The notes: generated from the sequence alone by a model not told the origin. A stretch of 64,000 bases of DNA from a virus (IMGVR_UViG_3300006056_000001:125717-189716); one strand, 5' to 3'. Positions 38,998-50,352 are shown, counted from the stretch's first letter. Numbers and translations are program-made.

Positions 38998-40784
38998 AAA
39001 GACATAGCTATCAGAAATATGAAGAGTCTAAACCTACTCTTACTAGACAAGTAATAAACAGAAAGATGTTTATTATATTAGATATAAAAAAGAAACCATT
39101 AGTAAGTAGAGAAGGACACTTATATGTTTTTTATAGATCTAGAGATGCTAATAGATTCATATACAGAAATAAGGCAGCAGATAAATGGAGAGTAAAAATA
39201 GTACAACTGGATATTACAACGCTCTAGTCTGGCTCTTAATGACAGACTATGAGAAAGACAAAGGCTATACCCCATCTAAATATTTAATAGATACTATAAA
39301 ACCAAAAATAATACAAGGTACTGATCTTCCACTAGAGATAGTGGACAGTACCTTATTTGATTTTACTATAGCCAAGGGTCTTAATGATTTCTTTGATTTG
39401 TTTTTTGACAAAACAAAGCCATTTGAAAATGCTTTAATAATACTTTCTTTTAGTAAAGAGAAGTACATAGTCAGAGATTTTTACTTAGCTAACTTAGCAA
39501 AGAGTTATACTTGTTGGGACGTGGCTTATATAAATTGTCCTTGTCCTGATAAAGTAACTAGTAAAGTTTTTGATTATATTATTGCTCCAGATGAACTTCC
39601 TGATAAATTAACTAAGATAATCAAACATGAATAGAAAAGAAACTGTTACTAGAGAAATAGAAGTCGAGATAAGTCAAGATCAAATGAATGATATAAGTAA
39701 AATACTTGGCTTTAATCCAGGAGAAAAGTTTGAGATAGAACAGCAACATGCTGCTGGATGGGCAACAATATACTTTGGTGGCAATGAATTTGCTTCTAGA
39801 AGACTAATAGTAAGACAAAAAATAATTACACACGAGTAAATAATGATTTTTGCATTCTTTTTATTACTAAGTCTTGTCTTAGTTTTCTTTTTAGTAGTTA
39901 TACTTTCTGCTTATATGAAACTTGACTGGCTCAAAAAGTATAAAAATTTATGTATACATGAAAACGAATACACAATAGTATTTGGAGGTATCTATAAAGA
40001 AGACGTAATTACTGCAAAGTGTAAGAAGTGTAATCGAGAAATTTTATATTTTGGTGGTTGCACAGTTTGGTATGCATATCCAGGAGGAAGATGTAGTTCA
40101 GATATAGAAAGAACACTATCAGGGATTTGGCATAAAGAGAGAGCCATTGCAAATGGAACACTACAAAGAAAGTAATATAGTAATTAAAATTCTTGATACA
40201 TATTTAAAAAACGCCTTAACATATAAAGTAATAAGTTCTAAAGAGATGTGGGTATTAGAAGAATATGATCCATGGATAGATGAACCTTTTACTGAAAAAG
40301 AACTTAAAGCAATTGAGGATGCTTTAAAAGGTCCTTACGAAGATTTTTAACATGACTCCTAAACAACTAGCTGAATTAATTGTTAAATACCATAATACAA
40401 AAATAGATCTCCCAGACCCTAAGTGTGGAAAATGTAATGGAACCGGAATAGAGACTTGGTATTGTGGACATAATGGCAATGAAGAAAAGTCTCCTTGTTC
40501 CTGTAAAACAAGGACTTTACGATCTCTTGAAAATAAACTTTATGATCTAAACATACAGAGCAAGCCTTTACTTAAAATTTGTGAAGACTACTTAAAAAAT
40601 GACAACTAACTCTTACCATACCTGGATTACTCTGGAATATGATCCAAGCTATTCACTACAAGAATGGCTCATAAAAATACAGAAATTGATAGAGCAATAC
40701 GGGCCTGCTAGTACACTAATGGTAACAGCAGATTACGAGGCCGTAGAACTTTGCCTAAATCCTGAACCTAATATAAACAAATAA
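38994..40784 (+). other. seven small hypothetical ORFs (starts 38994, 39185, 39627, 39843, 40147, 40352, 40599)
   Basis: Coupled ORFs; 39843 has an N-terminal TM plus Cys motifs; 40352 has CGKCNGTG (DnaJ-like zinc finger). Confidence 0.62.
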
Positions 40785-40805
40785 CTTGATACCTAAAATT
40801 TACTA

Positions 40806-40973
40806 ATGAAATACTGCGCTAGATGTTTAAATAAATCTTTATACATAGTTAGAGTACACCCATCTATTTTAAATAAAGACAATACTATTCCTCCAGATAT
40901 GGTATTCTGTACCACATGTAACTTTACAAGGATCATACCTAAAAATGACTACAGATCGTTCACTAAAAGCTAA
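40806..40973 (+). CDS. 55-aa zinc-ribbon peptide (not in ORF track)
   Basis: MKYCARCLNKSLYIVRV...DMVFCTTCNFTRIIPK; fills the gap before the ligase. Confidence 0.6.
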   Translation: MKYCARCLNKSLYIVRVHPSILNKDNTIPPDMVFCTTCNFTRIIPKNDYRSFTKS

Positions 40974-41811
40974 AGCTCTAGCAGATAAAGCTAAGAACTA
41001 CGTGATGTTAGCCCACGGCTATCGTCCAGACAAACATGTTATAAAAGACCCTATCAAGAAACAAGTAGACATTTCTGGTTGGCATGTGTCTGAAAAAATA
41101 GATGGTGTTCGTGCCATCTACGATGGCGGTACTCTTTACTCTCGTAATGGGAATAAGCTTTACGCCCCTGATCAATTTTTATCTCTTTGTAAAACAAAGG
41201 ATAAGCTTACACTAGATGGTGAGCTTGTTCACCTAGATGGTTTTCAAACTACTGTTTCTATTGTAAAAGATCAATCTAAAAAAGCTACCTGGGAATACTG
41301 GTCAAAAATTATATATGTTGTCTTTGATTATAAGACAACTAAGAAAATTACATATGAAGACCGCCTGACTAAGTTAAAAGAAAATGACTTAGACACTACT
41401 TTTAATATTAGTATTCTCGAACCAATTACTACTGTAAAGACAGAAAAAACAATAGCCCACCAATTAAAGATTATAGAGAATAAGGGCGGCGAGGGCCTCA
41501 TACTAAGAAATCCAAAAGGTCTTTATGAAGTAGGTAGAAGTTGGGATCTGCTAAAGGTTAAGTCTTTTGTAGACGTAGAGGCTACAGTACTACAACATGT
41601 CCAGGGCGAAGGCAAGCATGCCAATCGTCTAGGCAAACTTATATGTAAGTTAGATAATGGTATCGAATTTGAATGTGGCACTGGCTTTACTGACGAAGAA
41701 AGAGAGAATCCTCCTGTTATAGGATCTACAATAACTGTTAAGTATTTTGACTTAACTGATTCTGGGAAGCCAAGATTTCCAATCTTCATAACAGAAAGAT
41801 CTTATGAGTAA
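40945..41811 (+). CDS. ATP-dependent DNA ligase
   Basis: SEKIDGVRA (KxDG), LDGEL, VFD, EGLILR, LLKVK, GTGF, PRFP. Confidence 0.95.
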   Translation: MTTDRSLKAKALADKAKNYVMLAHGYRPDKHVIKDPIKKQVDISGWHVSEKIDGVRAIYDGGTLYSRNGNKLYAPDQFLSLCKTKDKLTLDGELVHLDGFQTTVSIVKDQSKKATWEYWSKIIYVVFDYKTTKKITYEDRLTKLKENDLDTTFNISILEPITTVKTEKTIAHQLKIIENKGGEGLILRNPKGLYEVGRSWDLLKVKSFVDVEATVLQHVQGEGKHANRLGKLICKLDNGIEFECGTGFTDEERENPPVIGSTITVKYFDLTDSGKPRFPIFITERSYE

Positions 41812-42322
41812 GAAGAATAAAATACAAGAACCACATACACTTTTAGATAGATATTACGTAGGTATTAATCAAAAATATATAGGAATTATACATGACCATG
41901 ATGATAATATTAGATACGTAAAAGAAAAGTATAAGACAGATATAGATCCTTATATATTTAGAAACAATAATAAGCTAAGAGAATCAGATAGAATAGATGT
42001 TATCTATTGTGAAAAAGATCTATTAAAAGACATGACTGCGGCTTGGCTTGTACATGTTATTTATTCAAGTGGAAATACTTTTGAACATAAGGTAAACGGC
42101 TACTGGTCTTTAGTGGCTTTGTTCCCTCTTACTAAGCTAAATGAAGCCCGGGAACTATCAGATTATTTACATACTGTAAAAGAAATAGGTACCACATACT
42201 TTACTACATCTAGTGGAAGAAAGATAGAAGTATACCATGCTTGGACTGGACAATTTGATACACTAGAAGAAGTTAGAACAGAAAAGGTAAATCTAAACGA
42301 TGAACTGGCTTATATCATTTAA
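41804..42322 (+). CDS. hypothetical protein
   Basis: ORF in operon. Confidence 0.6.
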   Translation: MSKKNKIQEPHTLLDRYYVGINQKYIGIIHDHDDNIRYVKEKYKTDIDPYIFRNNNKLRESDRIDVIYCEKDLLKDMTAAWLVHVIYSSGNTFEHKVNGYWSLVALFPLTKLNEARELSDYLHTVKEIGTTYFTTSSGRKIEVYHAWTGQFDTLEEVRTEKVNLNDELAYII

Positions 42323-42530
42323 CAAGAAAAACATAATAGAAAAAACATATGATAAAGAAAAATTTTATCAACATGTTATTTCTTCAGGCTTTGAAAATAT
42401 AGATACTCAAGTTTATGATTCCTGGGGAATACTTAAAGTACATGGAACAGAACAGTCTATAAAGTTATTTAAAAATGCTATTAAAGATTTTTATACATCT
42501 GACAGTTTAACTTTTCACTTTATAGGATAA
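42300..42530 (+). CDS. hypothetical protein
   Basis: ORF in operon. Confidence 0.55.
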   Translation: MNWLISFNKKNIIEKTYDKEKFYQHVISSGFENIDTQVYDSWGILKVHGTEQSIKLFKNAIKDFYTSDSLTFHFIG

Positions 42531-42883
42531 TGTCAAAGACTTACTTAATAGATATTGATGGTACTTTATTAGAGCATATTCCTGACTTTAAAGATATATG
42601 TTCTCATACAAGCTTGAGAGCGTTGCCTGGAGCTAGAGAGAAAACTAGCCAGTGGCACTGTGAAGGACATGTTGTAATTATTATTACTGCTCGCCCAGAG
42701 GGGCTTCGCAAGCTTACTGAGCTGCAATTGTTTAATGCTGGTATTATCTATGACTCTCTTATAATGGGGGTTGGTGCCGGTCCTAGGATCCTTATAAATG
42801 ATCATATAGAAGGTACAGAAAATAAAGCAGTTGCAGTAAACGTAATAAGAAACGTGGATGGAATAATAAATGTTAACTCCTAA
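42530..42883 (+). CDS. capless HAD-family phosphatase
   Basis: LIDIDGTL, ITAR, ILIND. Confidence 0.85.
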   Translation: MSKTYLIDIDGTLLEHIPDFKDICSHTSLRALPGAREKTSQWHCEGHVVIIITARPEGLRKLTELQLFNAGIIYDSLIMGVGAGPRILINDHIEGTENKAVAVNVIRNVDGIINVNS

Positions 42884-43109
42884 AAAGAAAATAAGAGTCG
42901 GTGATTCTACTAAGATAGACAATATAGTTTATGTTGTAGAAGAAATGTTTATTGCAGATTTTACCCGCTGGGTAAGATGTACCTCTCATAGAAAGAAGGG
43001 TACGGTCACTTATACTGAATTCTCAGAAAGAAAGAAAATGACATATTATGATACGAACAATCATTATTTTACAGAAAGAGAATGGCTAAGAAATATTAAG
43101 AACAAATGA
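42870..43109 (+). CDS. hypothetical protein
   Basis: ORF in operon. Confidence 0.55.
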   Translation: MLTPKKKIRVGDSTKIDNIVYVVEEMFIADFTRWVRCTSHRKKGTVTYTEFSERKKMTYYDTNNHYFTEREWLRNIKNK

Positions 43110-44462
43110 CTGGCTTATCTTTAATCTATAGTTTTTCTCCTTTCAGTATGTTACCTGTTAAAGTAGATTCTAGATATGCATGTACTGCTTGTCGTTCTAC
43201 TTTGTTTTATCTATTTAAGAAAGAACAAAAAGACAATGAGGAATCAGAGCATGATAGATATGGTAAATATTGTATTTATTATAGTATAGAGTGCTACGTT
43301 TGTAACACTCCTGTTATTTTAAGATATTTTTCTTCTAACCCTAAAGATAAAATGAAACATAATACATTTTGTGTGTAAGATTAAAATGAACAGATTAACT
43401 GCACAAGAAGTATACTTTGGTCCTATTTATACTAATAAAATTTTTTATCTATTTTCTACTACTGGCCCTGGTCCAGATATATTATATACTTGTGAAAGAT
43501 GTCAATGTTGCTTATTTAAAATAAATGAGATTGAACCTATTAATTTAAACGACTATAATTATACAGATGATATTTATAGATATCTTATTAAAGCAGGTTG
43601 TTATATTTGTTTACGTGCAGTATCAGGTACCATGAAAGAATATAGTCCGGCATTCTCTATAGTCAAACAAATAACTATTTAATATGGATCTAAAACAAAA
43701 ATTAAAAATAATCCAAAAGCTTGAACAAGCATTTATAAAAATTTCTAGTTTTACTAATGAAGTATTAAGTAAAAATACTATGTATTGTTGTTCAGATTGC
43801 CAATGTTGCATATTTAATTTTATCACAAGTATACATAAAGAAGCGGGTAATAATTTAGAAATTGACGCTAGGTGTTATATTTGCTCAAGAGGCTATACTT
43901 TTACATTCTATGATAATCCTAATCCTTTTGAAATAATAAACACAATAACAATTTAAATGATTAAACAGCCTACTCCATTAGATATCTTACAGTTCTCTTG
44001 TCATGTTGAGCATTCTTTAGATAAAGATACTATTTTTTATTGTTATTGTGGACAGACTCTTTTTGTTTTTAGAAAAATAGTAAATCTAGATGACGAATAT
44101 ATTGATAGGCCGGGGCCGTTTTTACACACTAATATATATGTAACTACATGTTATAATTGTTCAGTCATGCATAGGTTCCAATATAAACTAAAAAACAAGC
44201 GTCCTTTTGAAATAGTAAAATGTCTGATGATTTAAAAATTAATATTGGAGATTATTTTAACTATTCTGTTTTATTTATTACAAAACCTTATAAACTTTCT
44301 TGTTGTATGTATTGTCTTAATACAATATTTATAGTAACAAATATGGATCCTAATTTTGATTATTTTACAGGGGCCTGTTATATTTGTCGTGAGAGGTATT
44401 CATTTAGTAATAATACTTTTAGGGTAAAACCGTGTAAAAAGATAGCGTATATAAAAATATGA
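43106..44462 (+). other. tandem array of five paralogous zinc-ribbon ORFs (starts 43106, 43371, 43684, 43957, 44220)
   Basis: Each 80-103 aa with Cx(1-2)C...F, then CY[IVN]C, and a hydrophobic C-terminal strand. Confidence 0.8.
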
Positions 44463-45250
44463 AGAGAATAGCAATAAGTATAGTTTTAAATGCAGAACAT
44501 CATATAAAAAATCAATTCTTTGATGAGTATCCTTTTGATGAATGGATTTTTGTAGAAGGCGCTAGTCAAAATTCTTTCTGTACTTCCTGGTGTAATTCTA
44601 TGCCAGAAGAGTACCATATTAATGGTACTTCTACAGATAATACAATACAGTTATTAGAGCAGTATCAAGAATTTTATACAAAGACATCTGATAAGAAGAT
44701 AACTATCATCCGCCCTTCTGGTCTATGGCCCGGTAAAGTAGAGATGTTTAATACTGCATTAGCTACTATACAAGAACCTTGCTATCTATGGGAAATAGAT
44801 ATAGATGAGTATTGGGATAAGAACCAACTTACAAACGCAGAACGTCTAGTAGAGAATACCAAGGCAGACTCCGCAAGCTTTGCTTGTAACTACCTCTTAA
44901 CAGATCAAATAATTGTTAGAGGGGAATGGGGTGAGTCGCCTGGGCACGGTTATAGAAGGCTCTGGAAGTTCCAACCTGGGATGAAGTTTATCTCCCATGA
45001 GCCTCCTGTGCTAGAAGGATGTAATAGAATCCTTCCTCCTTTCCTAAGCCCTAAGTTTGATCATCTCTCATACTATTATGAGAAGGATGTTATATTCAAA
45101 TCTAAGTGGTATGGTAAGCATGAAAACATACATAAAGGATGGACCAGTATTGTTACAGGTAAACAGTTATTGCCTTGTAAGATATCTGCTCTCTTCTTAA
45201 GAGAAGATCTTCCTAAAGACTGGTCAGAAAGTTTAATAACATACAGATGA
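44459..45250 (+). CDS. GT-A (GT2-like) glycosyltransferase
   Basis: IFVEG...STDNT, GKVEM.N, WEIDIDEYW (DxD), HEPP. Confidence 0.8.
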   Translation: MKRIAISIVLNAEHHIKNQFFDEYPFDEWIFVEGASQNSFCTSWCNSMPEEYHINGTSTDNTIQLLEQYQEFYTKTSDKKITIIRPSGLWPGKVEMFNTALATIQEPCYLWEIDIDEYWDKNQLTNAERLVENTKADSASFACNYLLTDQIIVRGEWGESPGHGYRRLWKFQPGMKFISHEPPVLEGCNRILPPFLSPKFDHLSYYYEKDVIFKSKWYGKHENIHKGWTSIVTGKQLLPCKISALFLREDLPKDWSESLITYR

Positions 45251-45855
45251 ACGATAGACTTAATTACTGGAACAATATGATTAATACTTATGATTTGGAC
45301 ACACTTGCTAAAGATCTAAATGCAAGCTGGGATCCAATATCAAAAAAGTATACAAAGCATCATGAGATTCCTATAAATATTTTGAATCATTTAAAAAATA
45401 ATACAGAAAGTGTATTAGATTTTGGATGTGGATTAGGAAGAAATTTACAATACTTGACTGAAACATTTCCTTATTCAGATATTATAGGCTATGATATTCC
45501 TTCTATGATAAATAAATATAAACAACTATCTACACCATATGAAGTTACAGATAATTGGTCTTACATAGAAGGATTAAAATTAGATCTTATTTATAGTTGT
45601 ACTGTTTTACAACATTTAGACATTATAGAATTAGTTAAATTTATTAATTTTGCAAGTACAAGTACAAAGTATGTATACTTACATACACGATGTTATAATG
45701 ACGTAGGCCGAGATTGGCGTAATGCCAAGGGAGGTCTTAACGTGGCTTCTTTGTTTCATAATAAATTTGAAATAGTAGAATGCTCTATAGACATTAATAA
45801 AATAACATCTTTACAAGATGAAACACATTATGATATTTTATACAAAACAAGATGA
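45247..45855 (+). CDS. class I SAM-dependent methyltransferase
   Basis: VLDFGCGLGRN, GYD, VLQHL. Confidence 0.88.
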   Translation: MNDRLNYWNNMINTYDLDTLAKDLNASWDPISKKYTKHHEIPINILNHLKNNTESVLDFGCGLGRNLQYLTETFPYSDIIGYDIPSMINKYKQLSTPYEVTDNWSYIEGLKLDLIYSCTVLQHLDIIELVKFINFASTSTKYVYLHTRCYNDVGRDWRNAKGGLNVASLFHNKFEIVECSIDINKITSLQDETHYDILYKTR

Positions 45856-46427
45856 TTAATAACAAAACAATTTCTCTATTTGCTTATTCTTGGGGAACAC
45901 ATATAGACACAACTAATGTAGTAATTAACCATTGTAAGGATGTATTCCCTTTTTTTGATAATATAATACACTATACTCCTAGTACTTCTTCTGGCCAAGA
46001 GTATAATAGATTTATTGTAGAAGATTTAAATAGTCTTATACATACTGATTTTGTATTGATTATACAAAACGATGGATGGATAATAAATCCACAAAAATGG
46101 ACTGACAACTTTTTGACATATGATTATATTGGTGCTCCTTGGCCTTGGCACAAAGTAGTAGGCAATGGCGGGTTCTCTATTAGAAGCAAGAAGTTTTTAG
46201 AACTTTCATCTAAGTTAAAGTATGATCCTAAACACCATGAGTATCCTTATTGTCCAGAAGATTACTTTATGTGTGTTATGAATAGAAATTACTTTACAGA
46301 TAATGGTTGTATATTTCCTGATATTAAGACAGGACTAGAGTTCTCTTTTGAGCACCACATGTCAGAATATCCTCAACATACAATAAAAGATTCTTTTGGT
46401 TTTCACGGGAAACATAACTTAAAATGA
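45852..46427 (+). CDS. DUF5672-like GT-A protein
   Basis: LIIQNDG, YDYIGAPW, GNGGFSIRS, PED, FSFE, FGFHG. Confidence 0.8.
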   Translation: MINNKTISLFAYSWGTHIDTTNVVINHCKDVFPFFDNIIHYTPSTSSGQEYNRFIVEDLNSLIHTDFVLIIQNDGWIINPQKWTDNFLTYDYIGAPWPWHKVVGNGGFSIRSKKFLELSSKLKYDPKHHEYPYCPEDYFMCVMNRNYFTDNGCIFPDIKTGLEFSFEHHMSEYPQHTIKDSFGFHGKHNLK

Positions 46428-47170
46428 TATACGTAATAAATAGACACTGTAAGTTCTCTAATCTATCTGCAGGTAAACCAAGACCTTCTTTCTTTTCTAG
46501 AGAAAAGTGTCTAATTAATCTTTGGAAGACTTCTAGGGACTACCAAATTCAAGGAACTATTAAGTCCCATTATTTATTTGATGGGGATATGACAGATCAT
46601 TTTTTACTTAACCATGTAGATAAAAAACGAATTATACAATTGAATTCTGGTTCAGGAGCAAAGTCTTTTGTAGATGCTGTAGACTATGCATTAAATCTAA
46701 ATTGTGATCCAGAAGATATTATTTATTTATTAGAAGATGATTATTTACATAGACCCAATTGGCCAAGTATAATAGAAGAAGGATTAAACATAGAAGACTC
46801 TTCTTGGATATCTTTGTATGATCATGGAGATAAGTATTATAGGTGTTTACCTGTTAATTTAAAACCATACTACCAACAGTATCAAGACTATACTTCTCAA
46901 GTAACATATACCCGATCTTCTTATTGGAGAACTGCTTGTTCTACAACAGATACTTTTGCTATTAAATATAAAAATTTAAAAAACTATTATGGAGTTATAA
47001 CTAAATGGTCAAAGCTTGCTCCACATAGTTTGGATCATAATAGAGGATTAGAATTAAATGAATTAGGATTAACTTTATGGACGCCTATGCCTGGCTACTC
47101 ATGTCACATGGCTCCAGAATATATGTCACCAATGATTGACTGGGAAACTGTTCAAAAAGATTACTCATGA
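46424..47170 (+). CDS. GT-A glycosyltransferase
   Basis: IIYLLEDDYLH, SLYDH.DKY, STT.TFA, PG.S.H. Confidence 0.75.
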   Translation: MIYVINRHCKFSNLSAGKPRPSFFSREKCLINLWKTSRDYQIQGTIKSHYLFDGDMTDHFLLNHVDKKRIIQLNSGSGAKSFVDAVDYALNLNCDPEDIIYLLEDDYLHRPNWPSIIEEGLNIEDSSWISLYDHGDKYYRCLPVNLKPYYQQYQDYTSQVTYTRSSYWRTACSTTDTFAIKYKNLKNYYGVITKWSKLAPHSLDHNRGLELNELGLTLWTPMPGYSCHMAPEYMSPMIDWETVQKDYS

Positions 47171-48054
47171 TTTCTGTACTAATAGAAACTACCGGCTGGA
47201 TAGGAGACATACTATTTGCCTTGTCTATCCCAGAGAAATTAAGGAAAGAGAACCCTACTATTTCTAGATTAGATTTCTTAATAGACAAACCACAACCATT
47301 TAACTTAGTCAAGAACAATAAGTTTATTGACAGTGTTTACTTTATTAATCTAGATCCAACTATTAAATATGACAAAAAGATTAAGCTTCCTGTGATAGAA
47401 GACAAGTCTATTGCACCTACTGTTCAATTTCAATTTGCCTGTGATATCAAAAATTTATCTACTGAGTTTAAAGTAGATGTATCTGAGCAGGCTATAATGG
47501 ATGCAAATAGTATGTTATCTTATATAACTAAAAAGAAAATAATAACATATCAAGGAGACTGGAATGATAGATACTGGGCCTTAACTGAGAAGGAAGCTGC
47601 AGAAAAGAAATTTGATCAGACTGGTCTTTATTCTTATTACAAAACTCTTAGACCAGGCAATATGAAATATATATTATCTAACTTGATAGATGCTCTTCCT
47701 GATTATGAATTTATATGTATTCATCCTTTTTCTCCAGATCCAAAACAAAATACTGATCCTAGAGGGTTTGCTTCTTCTCCTGTTCATTATGAGAGAATGG
47801 CTGCTATTATTAGTCAATCTCATGCTTTCCTTGGCGCCGAAGGCGGCCTAACTAACTTATCTTCTGGATTAGGTGTTAAGACTATTTACACTACTTGTCA
47901 TATGCACCGCATGTTCGGAGAACAAGGTATTATAAGTCAATGTAAAGACATACAGCTAGGTCCTGAGAAACTGTTCCCTGGTAAGGGACATAAAGCAGTA
48001 TCCCCTTTTGCTCTACCTGATGAAGTAATAAAAACTATAGTAGATAACATATGA
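47167..48054 (+). CDS. GT9-like (heptosyltransferase-like) glycosyltransferase
   Basis: WIGDILFA...L...P N-terminus; FLGAEGGLTNLSSGLGVKTI. Confidence 0.78.
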   Translation: MISVLIETTGWIGDILFALSIPEKLRKENPTISRLDFLIDKPQPFNLVKNNKFIDSVYFINLDPTIKYDKKIKLPVIEDKSIAPTVQFQFACDIKNLSTEFKVDVSEQAIMDANSMLSYITKKKIITYQGDWNDRYWALTEKEAAEKKFDQTGLYSYYKTLRPGNMKYILSNLIDALPDYEFICIHPFSPDPKQNTDPRGFASSPVHYERMAAIISQSHAFLGAEGGLTNLSSGLGVKTIYTTCHMHRMFGEQGIISQCKDIQLGPEKLFPGKGHKAVSPFALPDEVIKTIVDNI

Positions 48055-48761
48055 ATCCCGCTGTTTTCATTCTTTCCTTTAATGGAATAAATCATTTAAA
48101 TTCTTGGTTTAATCCAGATAACTTTAAAGACATAGATGTATTTATTGTAGATAATGGGCAACAACTAATACCAGATAACCTAAAACAATATGCTATACAT
48201 ACTACAGAAAAGAATATATTCTGTGCCGGTGGTTGGAATCTATCTGCTAAGATAGCTTTTAATAGTCTAGGTTATGAAAAAATAGTTATTACACAAGATG
48301 ATTTAACTTTTACTAAAGAGCATGTTATTAATGCAATTAAGAATTGTGATTCAACTACTATAGTAGGAGGCAGAGGAGACATGTTCTTCTATTCTTTTTT
48401 TGCTATACATAAAAATACTTATGAATTAATAGGAGAGTTTGATGAGAACTTCTTGTTTGTAACTTGTGAAGACAATGACTATTACTACAGAGCTTCTCTT
48501 AAAGGAATAATACATAGAACTTTAAACCAAGACATGCCTAACTTAAATTTGACAAGTAAAGAGATGTCATGGAAATTTGGAAATCATGAATACTTAATAT
48601 CTAAGTGGGGACCTGAACAAAGATGGGGTGTATATACTTACACTGTTCCTTTTAATGGTGCTCCTCATACTAAATTTAGACCTAAGTATTCTACTTACTT
48701 TGACATACCAGTAAAAGAATTTATGTCAGACCATGAATTTAAAAGGTATTTAACTAAATGA
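48051..48761 (+). CDS. GT2-like glycosyltransferase
   Basis: IVDNG, N..CAGGWN, QDD, IGEFDENF...EDNDY..R. Confidence 0.85.
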   Translation: MNPAVFILSFNGINHLNSWFNPDNFKDIDVFIVDNGQQLIPDNLKQYAIHTTEKNIFCAGGWNLSAKIAFNSLGYEKIVITQDDLTFTKEHVINAIKNCDSTTIVGGRGDMFFYSFFAIHKNTYELIGEFDENFLFVTCEDNDYYYRASLKGIIHRTLNQDMPNLNLTSKEMSWKFGNHEYLISKWGPEQRWGVYTYTVPFNGAPHTKFRPKYSTYFDIPVKEFMSDHEFKRYLTK

Positions 48762-49759
48762 AAATTTTAATAACAGGAGTAGCTGGGCTACTTGGTTCTA
48801 GGCTTGCAGACTACCTAGTAGAGAATGTACCCAACCATGATCTAATAGTTGGAGTAGACAATCTATCTGGAGGCTATAAAGAAAACATTAATAAAGACAT
48901 AATGTTTTATAAACTAAATCTAGAAGATCAACAGGATTTAGCTTTGCTGTTTCGCTCTTATAATTTTGATTATGTTTATCACTTTGCCGCGTATGCAGCG
49001 GAAGGACTAAGTCCTTTTATTAGAAATTATAATTATACTAACAATTTATTAGCCACAGCTAATATTGTTAACGGTTGTATAAAACATAATGTTAAGAGAT
49101 TAGTCTTTACTTCTACTATGGCAGTATATGGTAACAACGTTCCTCCTTTTAAGGAGGATTATATACCTGCCCCTATAGATCCATATGGCATCGCTAAAGC
49201 AGCTTGTGAAGCCGATATACAAGTAGCAGGTACACAACATGGATTAGACTGGTGTATTATAAGACCTCATAATGTGTACGGAGCTAAACAAAACATATGG
49301 GATAAGTACAGAAACGTTCTAGGTATATGGATGTATCAAAGGCTTAACGGTCTTCCATTAACTATTTATGGAGATGGAAAACAGACTAGAGCATTTAGCT
49401 ACATAGATGATTGTCTTCCTTATTTGGCTGATTCTATGGTTAGTCCTCTTTACTCTAAGCAAATATTAAACATGGGTGGGGATGATTATACTACTATAGA
49501 AGAAGCGTGTGATTTATTAATCAAAGTAACCAAAGGTGGAACAAAGCAATTCTTACAACCTAGACACGAGGTTAAAGAAGCTTGGGTTACCCATGACAAG
49601 ATAAAGAACTTAGTTGGCTTTAAACATCCTACCTGCTTAGAACAAGGACTTACTAAGATGTGGGACTGGGCTAAAGTACAACCAGTAAGAGAAAGAAAGT
49701 TATGGCCTTATTATGAAATTGATAATAAGATATATGATTTTTGGAAAATAAAACAATGA
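48758..49759 (+). CDS. NAD-dependent nucleotide-sugar epimerase/dehydratase
   Basis: TGVAGLLGS, DNLSGG, HFAA, STMAVYG, YGIAK (YxxxK), RPHNVYG, GDGKQTRAF. Confidence 0.93.
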   Translation: MKILITGVAGLLGSRLADYLVENVPNHDLIVGVDNLSGGYKENINKDIMFYKLNLEDQQDLALLFRSYNFDYVYHFAAYAAEGLSPFIRNYNYTNNLLATANIVNGCIKHNVKRLVFTSTMAVYGNNVPPFKEDYIPAPIDPYGIAKAACEADIQVAGTQHGLDWCIIRPHNVYGAKQNIWDKYRNVLGIWMYQRLNGLPLTIYGDGKQTRAFSYIDDCLPYLADSMVSPLYSKQILNMGGDDYTTIEEACDLLIKVTKGGTKQFLQPRHEVKEAWVTHDKIKNLVGFKHPTCLEQGLTKMWDWAKVQPVRERKLWPYYEIDNKIYDFWKIKQ

Positions 49760-50352
49760 ACATAGTACAGTTTGGATGCAATGATGGCGACGATGAACTA
49801 TATAAATATGTACAATCTAATACAAGTAGTCTCAGCAATATAGTTTTGATAGATGCAAATAATTTTGCTTTACATAAAGCTGTACTTAGATATAATCAAA
49901 TAATTGATAAGTCTAAAATACTTACTTATTTTACTGCACTAGTTTGTAATGAAGATCAACATTCTGCTTCTTTCTATATACCTATTAAAGATAAAAATTC
50001 TGGACACTCTTCTTTATTTAAAGAATTAGTAGCTCTAAATTGGGGGAATGAGTTAACAGAATATAAAGTTCCTTGCATCTCTCCTAATAAATTATTAGAT
50101 AAGATTCCTTTTAAAATAGATCAGTTGCATATAGATGTAGAAGGTCTTGATGCAGATATTATTTTGTACTTAGATCTTCAAAAATATAACATACCGTATA
50201 TAGTTTTTGAATCGGCACACTCAGATGGGTACTTTACTCAAGGAAGTAAATATCAACAGTGTGTTAAAAAATTAACAGATCTTGGATATACATTATATCC
50301 ACACTGTAATAGATTAGATACAATTGCAACAAAAAATGATTACAAACCTTAA
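49756..50352 (+). CDS. FkbM-family methyltransferase
   Basis: IVQFGCNDG, LHIDVEGLD, FE. Confidence 0.8.
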   Translation: MNIVQFGCNDGDDELYKYVQSNTSSLSNIVLIDANNFALHKAVLRYNQIIDKSKILTYFTALVCNEDQHSASFYIPIKDKNSGHSSLFKELVALNWGNELTEYKVPCISPNKLLDKIPFKIDQLHIDVEGLDADIILYLDLQKYNIPYIVFESAHSDGYFTQGSKYQQCVKKLTDLGYTLYPHCNRLDTIATKNDYKP

